The notes below the pieces were generated by a model. The model saw only the letters and a list, made by a program, of their open reading frames with translations, did not search any database and was not told the DNA's origin. A DNA stretch of 32,000 nucleotides, taken from assembly GCA_003858585.1 (NCBI GenBank), contig RQZE01000012.1, positions 13,278 to 45,277 on the forward strand, given 5' to 3'. This document shows, in pieces, positions 1 to 8,029 of the stretch. The translations under genes and the position numbers were made by a program. This DNA comes from Erysipelotrichaceae bacterium OH741_COT-311 (GTDB taxonomy: Bacteria; Bacillota_I; Bacilli_A; Erysipelotrichales; Erysipelotrichaceae). Position 1 is the first letter of the stretch; each line of letters starts with the position of its first letter.

Positions 1-143
1 AATTACGTGTCATATTTTTTACCAAGAGTATGCGTGAAGGTTTTGAAACATCTAGTGTTTTACGTAAAAAAGTGAAAAAAGCATTTGAGGAACATGGAAT
101 TAAAATACCATTTCCAACACGTGTTACATACAATAAGGAGTAG
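1..143 (+). CDS. C-terminal fragment of an MscS-family mechanosensitive channel (5' end outside window)
   Basis: The frame is open from the window edge (codons phased from nt 3): ...LRKKVKKAFEEHGIKIPFPTRVTYNKE*, with TAG at 141-143. The GI.IPFP C-terminal motif is typical of MscS-type channels. Only about 46 codons are visible. Confidence 0.5.
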   Translation, partial: LRVIFFTKSMREGFETSSVLRKKVKKAFEEHGIKIPFPTRVTYNKE

Positions 144-145
144 TT

Positions 146-1195
146 ATGGTATTTGGGATATTGCTAATCATTGTAGCCATTTGTTTTATACGCTTAGGCT
201 ACATTATAAAAAAAGATAAACGTTCATTGGCTTTGGGAGTATGGACATTTAATAGTGTGGTTGCTTTAGGGATATTTGTTTTGGCGCTTTTTGTTGCCAA
301 TACACATTTACTACCGGAGTGGCTTATGACTTTGATTATGGGTGGCATTCTTTTTGTTCTCTTTTTACTGTTAATCTTGCCATTTTTTATCTTGTTGTTA
401 TTTTTAATTAACGGTATTTTAATCTTATGGAAAGAAGGTATTAAATTACGAAATGTCTTAACTTTATTGATGACCTTCTTAATCCTCTTTTATTTAGTGT
501 TTTGGCCAAGTGTCGGTTCGATTATTCCGGATGGACCTGCCGGTTATCTCTATTTGTATGTCGGATTTATCTTTGGCTTTACGATTGTCTGGATTAGTGT
601 TTATGGCTTATCAAACTATTTAAATCAAATACACTTCTTTGTCAAACACATTGATTACATTGTAGTTTTAGGATGTGCTTTAAATAAAGATCAAGTAACA
701 CCGTTGCTTGCTTCAAGGGTAGATAAGGCATTGAAACTAGCAAGAAAGCATCCTGAGGCAACCGTAATTTTTTCAGGTGGAAAAGGAAGTGATGAACTGA
801 TTAGTGAAGCTATGGCAATGGCAAATTATGCAAGTAGTCAAGGTTTTGAGGTAGGGCGTATGTTACTGGAAGAACATTCAAGCAATACCAAAGAGAATAT
901 CGAAAACTCCTACACCATGATGAAAGAAACCAAACAAGTCGCTCTGGTTACGAGTAATTATCATGTCTTGCGTGCATTGATGATTGCCAAAACATTAGGA
1001 GTATCGTGTATTGGGTATGGTGCAAAAACAAAGTTATATTTTGCTTTAAATGCCTTCTTACGTGAATTTGTAGGGTATCTTTATTTGTATAAGAAACAAT
1101 TACTTCGATTGTTGGCATACTATACCTTTGGATATTTGGTGTTAATTGCAATAAAAGAACTTTTAGAATTATATTTTTTAAAAATGACTAGATAA
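146..1195 (+). CDS. DUF218 (YdcF/SanA/ElyC-type) domain membrane protein
   Basis: 349-aa ORF with AAGGAG 5 nt upstream of ATG 146. The N-terminal half is multi-pass hydrophobic. The C-terminal block VVLGCAL...VIFSGGKG...EEHSSNTKENI...LVTSNYHVLRA matches the DUF218 pattern as I remember it. Confidence 0.75.
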   Translation: MVFGILLIIVAICFIRLGYIIKKDKRSLALGVWTFNSVVALGIFVLALFVANTHLLPEWLMTLIMGGILFVLFLLLILPFFILLLFLINGILILWKEGIKLRNVLTLLMTFLILFYLVFWPSVGSIIPDGPAGYLYLYVGFIFGFTIVWISVYGLSNYLNQIHFFVKHIDYIVVLGCALNKDQVTPLLASRVDKALKLARKHPEATVIFSGGKGSDELISEAMAMANYASSQGFEVGRMLLEEHSSNTKENIENSYTMMKETKQVALVTSNYHVLRALMIAKTLGVSCIGYGAKTKLYFALNAFLREFVGYLYLYKKQLLRLLAYYTFGYLVLIAIKELLELYFLKMTR

Positions 1196-1218
1196 ACGTT
1201 TTATCTAGTTTTTATTTT
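1188..1218 (+). terminator. Rho-independent terminator of the DUF218 gene
   Basis: 9-bp stem ctagataaa / tttatctag (1188-1196 / 1200-1208) with loop cgt, followed by TTTTTATTTT. The stop codon lies in the 5' arm. Confidence 0.7.
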
Positions 1219-1243
1219 CGTTGGATTAAGTATCATGTTTTTG

Positions 1244-1269
1244 AATAATAAAAAGGACGTTTCGTCCTT
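1244..1269 (-). terminator. Rho-independent terminator of the 71-aa gene
   Basis: Hairpin aaggacg-ttt-cgtcctt (1253-1269). Read on the minus strand it is followed by TTTTTATTATT. Confidence 0.65.
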
Positions 1270-1278
1270 GTGTAGTGA

Positions 1279-1494
1279 TTATTTCTCTTTGTCTTTATTT
1301 TTTTTAGCGCGTCTATCGGTAAGTATTACATTTATGATTAGCAAAATAGTTATTGTAATTATTACAAATCCAAAGTACGGCCACTCAGTGTTACCTGCAT
1401 TATAAACTTTGAATGGATAAGATAAACTAACACCTGTCCATATAAAAGAAAGTAAAATAAATGGTATTGTTAATTGTTCAAATAGTTTTTTCAT
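1279..1494 (-). CDS. Small two-helix membrane protein (71 aa), paralog of 1686-1892
   Basis: ORF MKKLFEQLTIPFILLSFIWTG...FGFVIITITILLIINVIL...KKNKDKEK has two hydrophobic segments and a basic tail. AGGAG lies 11 nt upstream. It has its own terminator. I do not recognise a family. Confidence 0.6.
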   Translation of the reverse strand: MKKLFEQLTIPFILLSFIWTGVSLSYPFKVYNAGNTEWPYFGFVIITITILLIINVILTDRRAKKNKDKEK

Positions 1495-1557
1495 ATAAGT
1501 ATAATCTCCTTTGGCTTCATTTTATCTTGTATTGGATGAATATTCAATATGAGTATA
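1473..1557. repeat. 85-nt direct repeat, copy A (first 22 nt of the CDS, RBS and 5' leader of the 71-aa gene)
   Basis: 83/85 nt identical to 1871-1955. The only differences are a/g in caaatag vs caagtag and t/c in cattttatc vs cattctatc. Contains the 10-bp palindrome TGAATATTCA (1537-1546). Confidence 0.9.
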
Positions 1558-1573
1558 ATGGATATACTTTTTA

Positions 1574-1602
1574 AGCATAGAAAAGGTATTAATGATTGAC
1601 AA
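1574..1602 (-). promoter_or_regulatory. Candidate sigma-A promoter of the 71-aa gene
   Basis: On the minus strand: TTGTCA (1602-1597), 17 nt, TATGCT (1579-1574). This would give a leader of about 70 nt that contains the conserved block. Confidence 0.4.
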
Positions 1603-1685
1603 AATTATATGTTTGTTATAGTGCGAATAAAAAGTGATAATTTGTTTCAAGGTTTATTTAGATAATAAAAAGAATATTTTTTTAA

Positions 1686-1892
1686 CTAATGATTATTTTC
1701 CTTTGTCTTAGTTTTGTTAGAGTGCACTATACTTATAGCCAATAAAATAGATATTGTTATGATAACAAAGCCCAAAAATTTCCAAGCATAATAGGCATTT
1801 CCTAATCGAGAAGGTTCCTTAATGCTAATGATTGTCCATAAAAGAGAAGCTAAAGTAAATGGTTGAAATGATTGTTCAAGTAGTTTTTTCAT
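1686..1892 (-). CDS. Small two-helix membrane protein (68 aa), paralog of 1279-1494
   Basis: ORF MKKLLEQSFQPFTLASLLWTI...LGFVIITISILLAISIV...KTKTKENNH has the same architecture as the 71-aa protein, roughly 40-45% identical by eye. Its RBS and leader are identical to the paralog's. Confidence 0.6.
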   Translation of the reverse strand: MKKLLEQSFQPFTLASLLWTIISIKEPSRLGNAYYAWKFLGFVIITISILLAISIVHSNKTKTKENNH

Positions 1893-1955
1893 ATAAGTAT
1901 AATCTCCTTTGGCTTCATTCTATCTTGTATTGGATGAATATTCAATATGAGTATA
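1871..1955. repeat. 85-nt direct repeat, copy B (5' end and leader of the 68-aa gene)
   Basis: 83/85 identical to 1473-1557. Palindrome TGAATATTCA at 1935-1944. Confidence 0.9.
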
Positions 1956-2006
1956 GAGGTATGATGTTAAAGAATATTAAAATAAGAGTAATTTAATATA
2001 AATGCA

Positions 2007-2035
2007 TTGACATTTTAGTTTCTTACCTATATAAT
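2007..2035 (+). promoter_or_regulatory. Consensus sigma-A promoter of the rplJL(-rpoBC) cluster
   Basis: TTGACA (2007-2012), 17 nt, TATAAT (2030-2035). Both hexamers match the consensus perfectly. Confidence 0.8.
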
Positions 2036-2041
2036 ACAGAG

Positions 2042-2187
2042 GTCAATATACCATAGACAGCAACGGCTTAAAGCTTAATCATGTTGCCGAGGTTAACGTT
2101 TGTATAAACTTTTTAAACCCATGCTGTCTTTGTCGTGGGTTTTTTATTTACTATTGTATATTGCCATAGAAGAAAATGGAGGTATCG
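2042..2187 (+). promoter_or_regulatory. Ribosomal protein L10 leader (rplJ autoregulatory 5' UTR)
   Basis: A roughly 145-nt structured leader lies between the promoter and rplJ, where Bacillota carry the L10(L12)4-binding leader. GACAGCA (2056-2062) can pair with TGCTGTC (2122-2128), which competes with the terminator hairpin at 2115-2142. GCAAC (2060-2064) can pair with GTTGC (2083-2087). Confidence 0.6.
2115..2146 (+). terminator. Leader (attenuator) terminator inside the L10 leader
   Basis: Stem aaacccatg / cgtgggttt (2115-2123 / 2134-2142, one G-U pair) with a 10-nt loop, running into TTTTTTATTT. It lies 45 nt upstream of the rplJ start. Confidence 0.6.
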
Positions 2188-2739
2188 ATGATGAAACAAG
2201 CGGTGTTAGATTCAAAGGTAGCACTTGTCAATGAGATTAAAGAAAAATTTACGAATTCTCAATCAAGTGTTGTTGTTGAATATCGCGGATTAACTGTTGC
2301 CGAAGTTACTGAACTTAGACGTGCGTTAAGAGCTGAGGGTGTTGAGTTTAAAGTATATAAGAACTCAATGAGCCAAAGAGCTGCAGAGGCTGCTGGGTTT
2401 AATGGCTTAGTTGATCAACTAACTGGACCAAATGCGATCGCATTTAGTGATGATGCAGTTGCTCCAAGTAGAGTGTTAGCAAAGTTTGCGAAAACACATG
2501 AAAAACTGGTGTTAAAAGCTGGTATTGTTGAGGGGAAAGAAGTTAGCCTTGATACAATTAAAGAATTAGCTAGCTTACCTGGTCGTGAAGGTTTACTATC
2601 TATGTTACTTTCTTGCTTAAAGGCTCCAATCCGCAAGGTTGCTTGTGTAACTAAGGCGGTTGCTGAAGCAAAAGAAAGTGGCGCTAGTGCACCGGAAACA
2701 AAAGAAGTTGTTGAAGAAGCAGCGGTTGCTGCTGAGTAA
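2188..2739 (+). CDS. rplJ: 50S ribosomal protein L10
   Basis: [21 protein letters not shown]...[21 protein letters not shown]...FKVYKNS is typical L10. GGAGG at 2178-2182 favours ATG 2188 (or 2191) over the track start 2176. There is an acidic/Ala-rich C-terminal tail. Confidence 0.93.
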   Translation: MMKQAVLDSKVALVNEIKEKFTNSQSSVVVEYRGLTVAEVTELRRALRAEGVEFKVYKNSMSQRAAEAAGFNGLVDQLTGPNAIAFSDDAVAPSRVLAKFAKTHEKLVLKAGIVEGKEVSLDTIKELASLPGREGLLSMLLSCLKAPIRKVACVTKAVAEAKESGASAPETKEVVEEAAVAAE

Positions 2740-2761
2740 TTGCTAAAGGAGGAAAATTATA

Positions 2762-3130
2762 ATGGCAAAATTAACACATGAAGAAATCTTAGCTTATTTA
2801 GAAGAAGCTACAATTTTAGAACTAAACGAATTAGTAAAAGCAATCGAAGAAAAATTTGATGTAACGGCTGCTGCACCTGTTGCTGTTGCTGCTGTAGCGG
2901 AAGCTGCACCAAGTGGACCTACTGAAGTTTCTGTAATCTTAAAAGATGCTGGAGCAAGTAAAGTTGGTGTAATTAAAGTTGTTCGTGAAATTACAGGCTT
3001 AGGCTTAGTTGAAGCGAAGGGCTTAGTTGATAAAGCACCAAGTCCAATTAAGGAAAACATCAAACCGGAAGAAGCAGAAGAAATTAAGAAAAAATTAATG
3101 GATGCTGGTGCTTCTGTTGAAATTAAGTAA
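2762..3130 (+). CDS. rplL: 50S ribosomal protein L7/L12
   Basis: 122 aa with an Ala-rich hinge ([15 protein letters not shown]), then [24 protein letters not shown]...[25 protein letters not shown] is upstream. Confidence 0.95.
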   Translation: MAKLTHEEILAYLEEATILELNELVKAIEEKFDVTAAAPVAVAAVAEAAPSGPTEVSVILKDAGASKVGVIKVVREITGLGLVEAKGLVDKAPSPIKENIKPEEAEEIKKKLMDAGASVEIK

Positions 3131-3152
3131 GTAACTTTTTAATCCGTATTTG

Positions 3153-3180
3153 AAAGCCGAATGACCTTCGGCTTTTCGTT
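3153..3180 (+). terminator. Terminator or partial terminator after rplL
   Basis: aaagccgaa-tgacc-ttcggcttt hairpin (3153-3175) followed by TCGTT. The short U-tract suggests partial read-through into the methyltransferase and rpoB genes. Confidence 0.55.
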
Positions 3181-3200
3181 CATTATAGAAAGGGATAGCA

Positions 3201-3791
3201 ATGAGTCATTATTTTATAAATAATAGCGATTTACAACATGATGAAAAAGTATTGACTTGTTATATCAATGATGTGGCTTTTTCCTTTATCAGTGATCGAG
3301 GAACGTTTTCAAAAGATCAAATTGACTATGGTAGTTTTGTGTTTTTGAAGGCGTTGCTTAAGGAAGAGTTGGGTAAGTCCATTTTAGATGTGGGTTGTGG
3401 TTATGGAACGTTGGGCATCGTTTTAAAGAAATTGACGGAAGCCAGTGTCGATATGGTGGATGTAAATCTTAGGGCTTTAAAGTTGGCAAAGCGTAATGCT
3501 TTGTTAAATAAAGTGGATGTGAGTGTGTATGAGTCGGATTGTTTTAGTAAGGTTAGCAAGTCGTTTGATGCGATTGTGATCAATCCGCCGATTCGTGCCG
3601 GCAAGGAAGTAATCTATCGTATGTTTGAAGAGGCTTATCAACATTTAAATCAAAGTGGATCCCTTTTTATCGTGATACGTAAGAATCATGGTGCAAAAAG
3701 TGCAATAGCGAAAATTTCTAGTATATTTGGGGATTGTAAAGTGCTTGATAAAGAGGCTGGTTATTTTATTTTAAAAGCCGGCAAACATTGA
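3201..3791 (+). CDS. Class I SAM-dependent methyltransferase, RsmC/YbxB type (probable rRNA methyltransferase)
   Basis: 196 aa. SAM motif I is ILDVGCGYGTLG and the NPP-type motif is DAIVINPPIRAGK. Its position between rplL and rpoB matches that of ybxB in Bacillus subtilis. Confidence 0.8.
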   Translation: MSHYFINNSDLQHDEKVLTCYINDVAFSFISDRGTFSKDQIDYGSFVFLKALLKEELGKSILDVGCGYGTLGIVLKKLTEASVDMVDVNLRALKLAKRNALLNKVDVSVYESDCFSKVSKSFDAIVINPPIRAGKEVIYRMFEEAYQHLNQSGSLFIVIRKNHGAKSAIAKISSIFGDCKVLDKEAGYFILKAGKH

Positions 3792-3896
3792 CTTATTGCC
3801 ATAAATTGTGTAATATAATATATTGCAATAATATCAAAAAATTATTTTGGGGTATTATGCCTTTTTGGTGTTTATGCCCAAGAAAGGATGGCGTAC

Positions 3897-6800
3897 ATGA
3901 AGGAAAAACAAACATTTCGCATTATCGAATTAGGGAAAAAAGCGACTCGTCGTGATTATTCAAAGGTAAGTGGTTCTTTGGAGCTTCCAGATCTTGTTGA
4001 AATTCAAACAGCTTCTTTTGACTGGTTAGTCAAAGAAGGGATTAGGGAAGTTTTTGAGGATATTTATCCGATTCGAAACTATGGCGGTAACATTCGTCTT
4101 AAATTCGTTGATTATGAATTTGGTACACCTAAGTATAGCGTAAGTGAATGCAAATATCGTGAAACAAACTATGCAGCTCCACTAAAGTCTAAAATGGAGT
4201 TAGAGATTACAGATCCTGAAACAGGGGAAGTATTAACAAAGTGGGAAGATGTCTTTTTAGGTGACTTTCCGTTAATGACGGATACAGGTACGTTTATCAT
4301 TAATGGTGCTGAGCGTGTTATCGTATCTCAAATTGTGCGTTCTCCGGGGGCATATTTTGATATTGCTTCGGAAGAAAAGACAGGCAAGGATACATTTAAT
4401 GCGGAATTAATACCAAGTCGTGGAACATGGTTAGAGTTTATGACGGATGGTAAAAAGACAGCACTTGGTCGTCTTTTAAATATGTCAATTGATCGTAAGC
4501 GTAAGATTTTATCTACAATCTTATTTAAAGCGATTGGTTTTTCTTTAAATGTGGAAACAGGGGATGATGTTTTTGAGACTGTTTCAATTAAGAAGTTTTT
4601 AAAGGCTTTGAATTTTCCGGTGTATGAAGAGGTTGCGGTTGATGGTGAACAACGTGAGCTATTAGGGCAATACTTACATTTATATACATCAATGTTTGGT
4701 AATTATGAAGAGATTATTAATACCTTACAGGCGGATAAAGTAAAAACAACGCAAGAAGCGTTATTGAATATTTATGAGAACCAAAGATCGGATGAGGTTC
4801 CTACGATCGATGGGTCGATTACATTAATGAATGCGAAGTTCTTTGATCATAAGCGTTATGATTTAACAAAGGCTGGTCGTTATAAATTAAATAAGAAGTT
4901 AAATGTAATTGAGCGTATGGAAAAAAATATTCTAAAAGAGAATATTTATGATGCAACCGGTAAGTTGTTGGTTAAGAAGAATACCTTAATTACAAAGAAA
5001 GAGCGTGAAGTATTAAAAGAAGGTTTGGTACATGGTGGACACATGGAGGTCTTTCCATTTAATTATACGTTTTCACATCCGGATGTTGCTGTTGTTGAGA
5101 CAAAGTATAAATTGGGTTTACTTGGTCGTATCCTAGCTACAGATGTTGAATTAAAGAAAACCTTCTTAGAAAAGGGGACTGTATTAACGGAAAAAGATGT
5201 AGATCTTTTAGCGAAAGAAGTGACATCAGTTTCAGTATATGCAGGAATTCTTGCGAAAGAAGTTGTTTTAACAAAAGACATTGTTTCTAGTGTTTTAAAT
5301 TTCGGTCAAAGATTTTATGTGTTAGGTCGTGTTGTGGATGAAAACAATGAAGATCTATATATTAATAATGAATTAGCGGTGCAACGTTATATTCCGGATA
5401 CAAAGATAGATCGTTTAAGCAGTGAACATGAAAGTTTTATTAAATCATTAGTAACAAGTGGTAATAAAGTAAAAGTGTATTTGGTTGGGGCGGCTTGCCA
5501 AGTGGTGAGTGTTGCCTCTGTGGATAGTTTTGATTTTGAAGTACGTGTGATTGGGATTGACCCACTTATGAAGAAGCGTACGATTACTATGTCAGATATG
5601 ATTGCGTTTTATTCGTATGAATTAAATATGTTAGATGGCATTGGTAATGATGATGACATTGACCAATTGGGAAATCGTCGTATTCGTACGGTTGGTGAGT
5701 TAATTCAAAACCAATTCCGTGTAGGTTTAGCTCGTATGGAGCGTGTGGTAAAAGAGCGTATGTCAATTACAGATATTGCTAGTTTAACACCAAAGTCATT
5801 GACAAATATTCGTCCATTAACTGCGGCAATTAAAGAGTTTTTCTCGTCTTCACAATTGTCTCAATTCATGGACCAATTAAATCCTTTAGCAGAATTAACA
5901 AATAAACGTCGTATTTCGGCGTTGGGTCCGGGTGGATTAACGCGTGAGCGTGCCGGTTTTGAAGTGCGTGACGTTCATAATTCACATTATGGTCGTATTT
6001 GTCCAATTGAAACGCCGGAAGGTCCAAATATCGGTTTGATTTCAAACTTAACAACGTATGCTCGTATTAATGAGTATGGATTTATTCAAACACCATATCG
6101 TGTGGTTAAGAAAAATGGTGTGGTAAGTGAAGAGTATAAGTATTTATCTGCGGATGAAGAGGCGGATTATGTTATTGCCCAAGCCAACGAATGTGTGGAT
6201 GGGAAATTAATCAATGATCAAGTTGTCGTTCGTGTAGCAGGAGAAACGGTACAAGTGCCTCGTGAAGAAGTGGAGTTGGCGGACGTTTCACCAAAACAAA
6301 TTGTTTCAGTTGCGGCAGCTTGTATTCCATTCTTAGAAAATGACGATGCTTCTCGTGCCTTAATGGGTGCAAACATGCAACGTCAAGCGGTTCCTTTATT
6401 AAAACCAAGTTCACCTTATGTTGGTACAGGGATTGAGCATCGCATTGCTCGTGATGCTGGTAGTGGCTTGGTTGCTACTGGTAGTGGAGTAGTAAGTTAT
6501 GTCGATGCGAATAAAATTATCGTCAGTGAAGAAACCGGGGATAAGGAATATGAATTAACAAAATTTAGACGTTCAAACTCTGGTACGTGTTTAAATCAAC
6601 GACCAATCGTAAAGCGTGGAGAACGTGTGGAACGTGGTGATATCTTAGCGGATGGTCCTTCAATGGAAAATGGAGAGTTGGCGCTAGGACAAAACGTTAC
6701 GATTGCCTTTATGACATGGCATGGGTATAACTATGAAGATGCGATTATCTTATCAGAGCGTCTTGTAAAAGAGGATATGTATACGTCAATTCATATTGAA

Positions 6801-8018
6801 GAATATGACATTGAATGTCGTGATACAAAGCTTGGTCCTGAAGAAATTACTCGTGATATTCCAAACGTAAGTGAAAATGCATGTCGTCATTTAGATGGTC
6901 GTGGTATCGTTATGGTTGGTGCGGAAGTAAAAGAGGGCGACATCTTAGTTGGTAAGGTTACACCAAAGGGTCAATCAGAAGTATCGCCGGAAGAAAAACT
7001 ATTATTAGCAATCTTTGGTGAAAAATCACGTGAAGTGCGTGATAATTCCTTAAAGGTGCCTCATGGTGGGGCTGGTATTGTTCAATCGATTCGTATCTTT
7101 AAGCGTAGCGAAGGGCATGAACTTCCTCCTGGGGTAAATGAAGTTGTAAAAGTTTATATTGTTCAAAAACGTAAAATCTCGGAAGGAGATAAGATGGCAG
7201 GTCGTCATGGTAATAAGGGGGTTATCTCTAAAATTTTACCGGTAGAAGATATGCCGTTTATGGCGGATGGTACGCCGGTGGATATCATGTTAAATCCATT
7301 TGGGGTTCCTTCACGTATGAACATCGGACAAGTCTTAGAAATTCATTTAGGGATGGCTGCTAAGAAGTTAGGTGTTAAGTTTGCAACACCGGTATTTGAT
7401 GGTATTTCTAATGAAGAATTAAAGGCAATTATGGAAGAGGCACAAGTATCTGCTGATGGTAAGATTGTCTTACATGATGGTCAAACAGGAGAAGCTTATG
7501 ATGAGCGTATCTCGGTAGGGGTTATGTATTACATTAAGTTGGCTCACATGGTTGATGATAAACTACATGCTCGTGCGACTGGTCCTTATTCGTTAGTAAC
7601 ACAACAACCGTTGGGTGGTAAGGCTCAAAATGGTGGTCAACGTTTTGGGGAAATGGAAGTTTGGGCTCTGGAGGCTTATGGGGCTGCGCATACGCTTGCT
7701 GAAATCTTGACGGTTAAGTCAGATGATATTAATGGTCGTACAAAGACGTATGAAGCAATTATCAAGGGTAAAAATATTCCTGCTCCAGGCATTCCGGAAT
7801 CATTTAGAGTGTTAAAACATGAACTTCAAGCTTTAGCGATTGATGTAAAGATGTTAAATGAAGATGGAAGTGAAGTAAGCATTGAAAAGATTGAAGAGGG
7901 CGATGGTACTAGTGAAAAAGTAGTTGCGCCAATGGATTTCAATGAAGATGGATTATCAATCCAAACGGAAGAAGAGTTACAAGAAGCCGCAATTGTCGGT
8001 ATCGATGAAGAAATGTAG
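3897..8018 (+). CDS. rpoB: DNA-directed RNA polymerase subunit beta (expanded, about 1373 aa)
   Basis: Motifs [40 protein letters not shown] (rif cluster I), [22 protein letters not shown] and [24 protein letters not shown] at 3883-3888 is 8 nt from ATG 3897. The track start 3888 is in frame but overlaps the SD. Confidence 0.97.
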   Translation: MKEKQTFRIIELGKKATRRDYSKVSGSLELPDLVEIQTASFDWLVKEGIREVFEDIYPIRNYGGNIRLKFVDYEFGTPKYSVSECKYRETNYAAPLKSKMELEITDPETGEVLTKWEDVFLGDFPLMTDTGTFIINGAERVIVSQIVRSPGAYFDIASEEKTGKDTFNAELIPSRGTWLEFMTDGKKTALGRLLNMSIDRKRKILSTILFKAIGFSLNVETGDDVFETVSIKKFLKALNFPVYEEVAVDGEQRELLGQYLHLYTSMFGNYEEIINTLQADKVKTTQEALLNIYENQRSDEVPTIDGSITLMNAKFFDHKRYDLTKAGRYKLNKKLNVIERMEKNILKENIYDATGKLLVKKNTLITKKEREVLKEGLVHGGHMEVFPFNYTFSHPDVAVVETKYKLGLLGRILATDVELKKTFLEKGTVLTEKDVDLLAKEVTSVSVYAGILAKEVVLTKDIVSSVLNFGQRFYVLGRVVDENNEDLYINNELAVQRYIPDTKIDRLSSEHESFIKSLVTSGNKVKVYLVGAACQVVSVASVDSFDFEVRVIGIDPLMKKRTITMSDMIAFYSYELNMLDGIGNDDDIDQLGNRRIRTVGELIQNQFRVGLARMERVVKERMSITDIASLTPKSLTNIRPLTAAIKEFFSSSQLSQFMDQLNPLAELTNKRRISALGPGGLTRERAGFEVRDVHNSHYGRICPIETPEGPNIGLISNLTTYARINEYGFIQTPYRVVKKNGVVSEEYKYLSADEEADYVIAQANECVDGKLINDQVVVRVAGETVQVPREEVELADVSPKQIVSVAAACIPFLENDDASRALMGANMQRQAVPLLKPSSPYVGTGIEHRIARDAGSGLVATGSGVVSYVDANKIIVSEETGDKEYELTKFRRSNSGTCLNQRPIVKRGERVERGDILADGPSMENGELALGQNVTIAFMTWHGYNYEDAIILSERLVKEDMYTSIHIEEYDIECRDTKLGPEEITRDIPNVSENACRHLDGRGIVMVGAEVKEGDILVGKVTPKGQSEVSPEEKLLLAIFGEKSREVRDNSLKVPHGGAGIVQSIRIFKRSEGHELPPGVNEVVKVYIVQKRKISEGDKMAGRHGNKGVISKILPVEDMPFMADGTPVDIMLNPFGVPSRMNIGQVLEIHLGMAAKKLGVKFATPVFDGISNEELKAIMEEAQVSADGKIVLHDGQTGEAYDERISVGVMYYIKLAHMVDDKLHARATGPYSLVTQQPLGGKAQNGGQRFGEMEVWALEAYGAAHTLAEILTVKSDDINGRTKTYEAIIKGKNIPAPGIPESFRVLKHELQALAIDVKMLNEDGSEVSIEKIEEGDGTSEKVVAPMDFNEDGLSIQTEEELQEAAIVGIDEEM

Positions 8019-8029
8019 GAGGTAGCGTG

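Noticed and set aside
1491-1520. Upstream ORF MKPKEIILI in the conserved leader of the small membrane-protein genes, considered as a real leader peptide
   Set aside because: It has no SD of its own and contains the SD of the main ORF. It is noted in the finding as a detail but is not called as a gene.
1596-1622. Plus-strand TTGACA-15-TATAGT as the promoter of an antisense RNA against the 68-aa gene (type I toxin-antitoxin idea)
   Set aside because: The 15-nt spacer is poor. The same hexamer read on the other strand is a better-spaced -35 (TTGTCA-17-TATGCT) for the 71-aa gene. The peptides, at 68-71 aa with two helices, are larger than typical type I toxins. This cannot be supported without transcript data.
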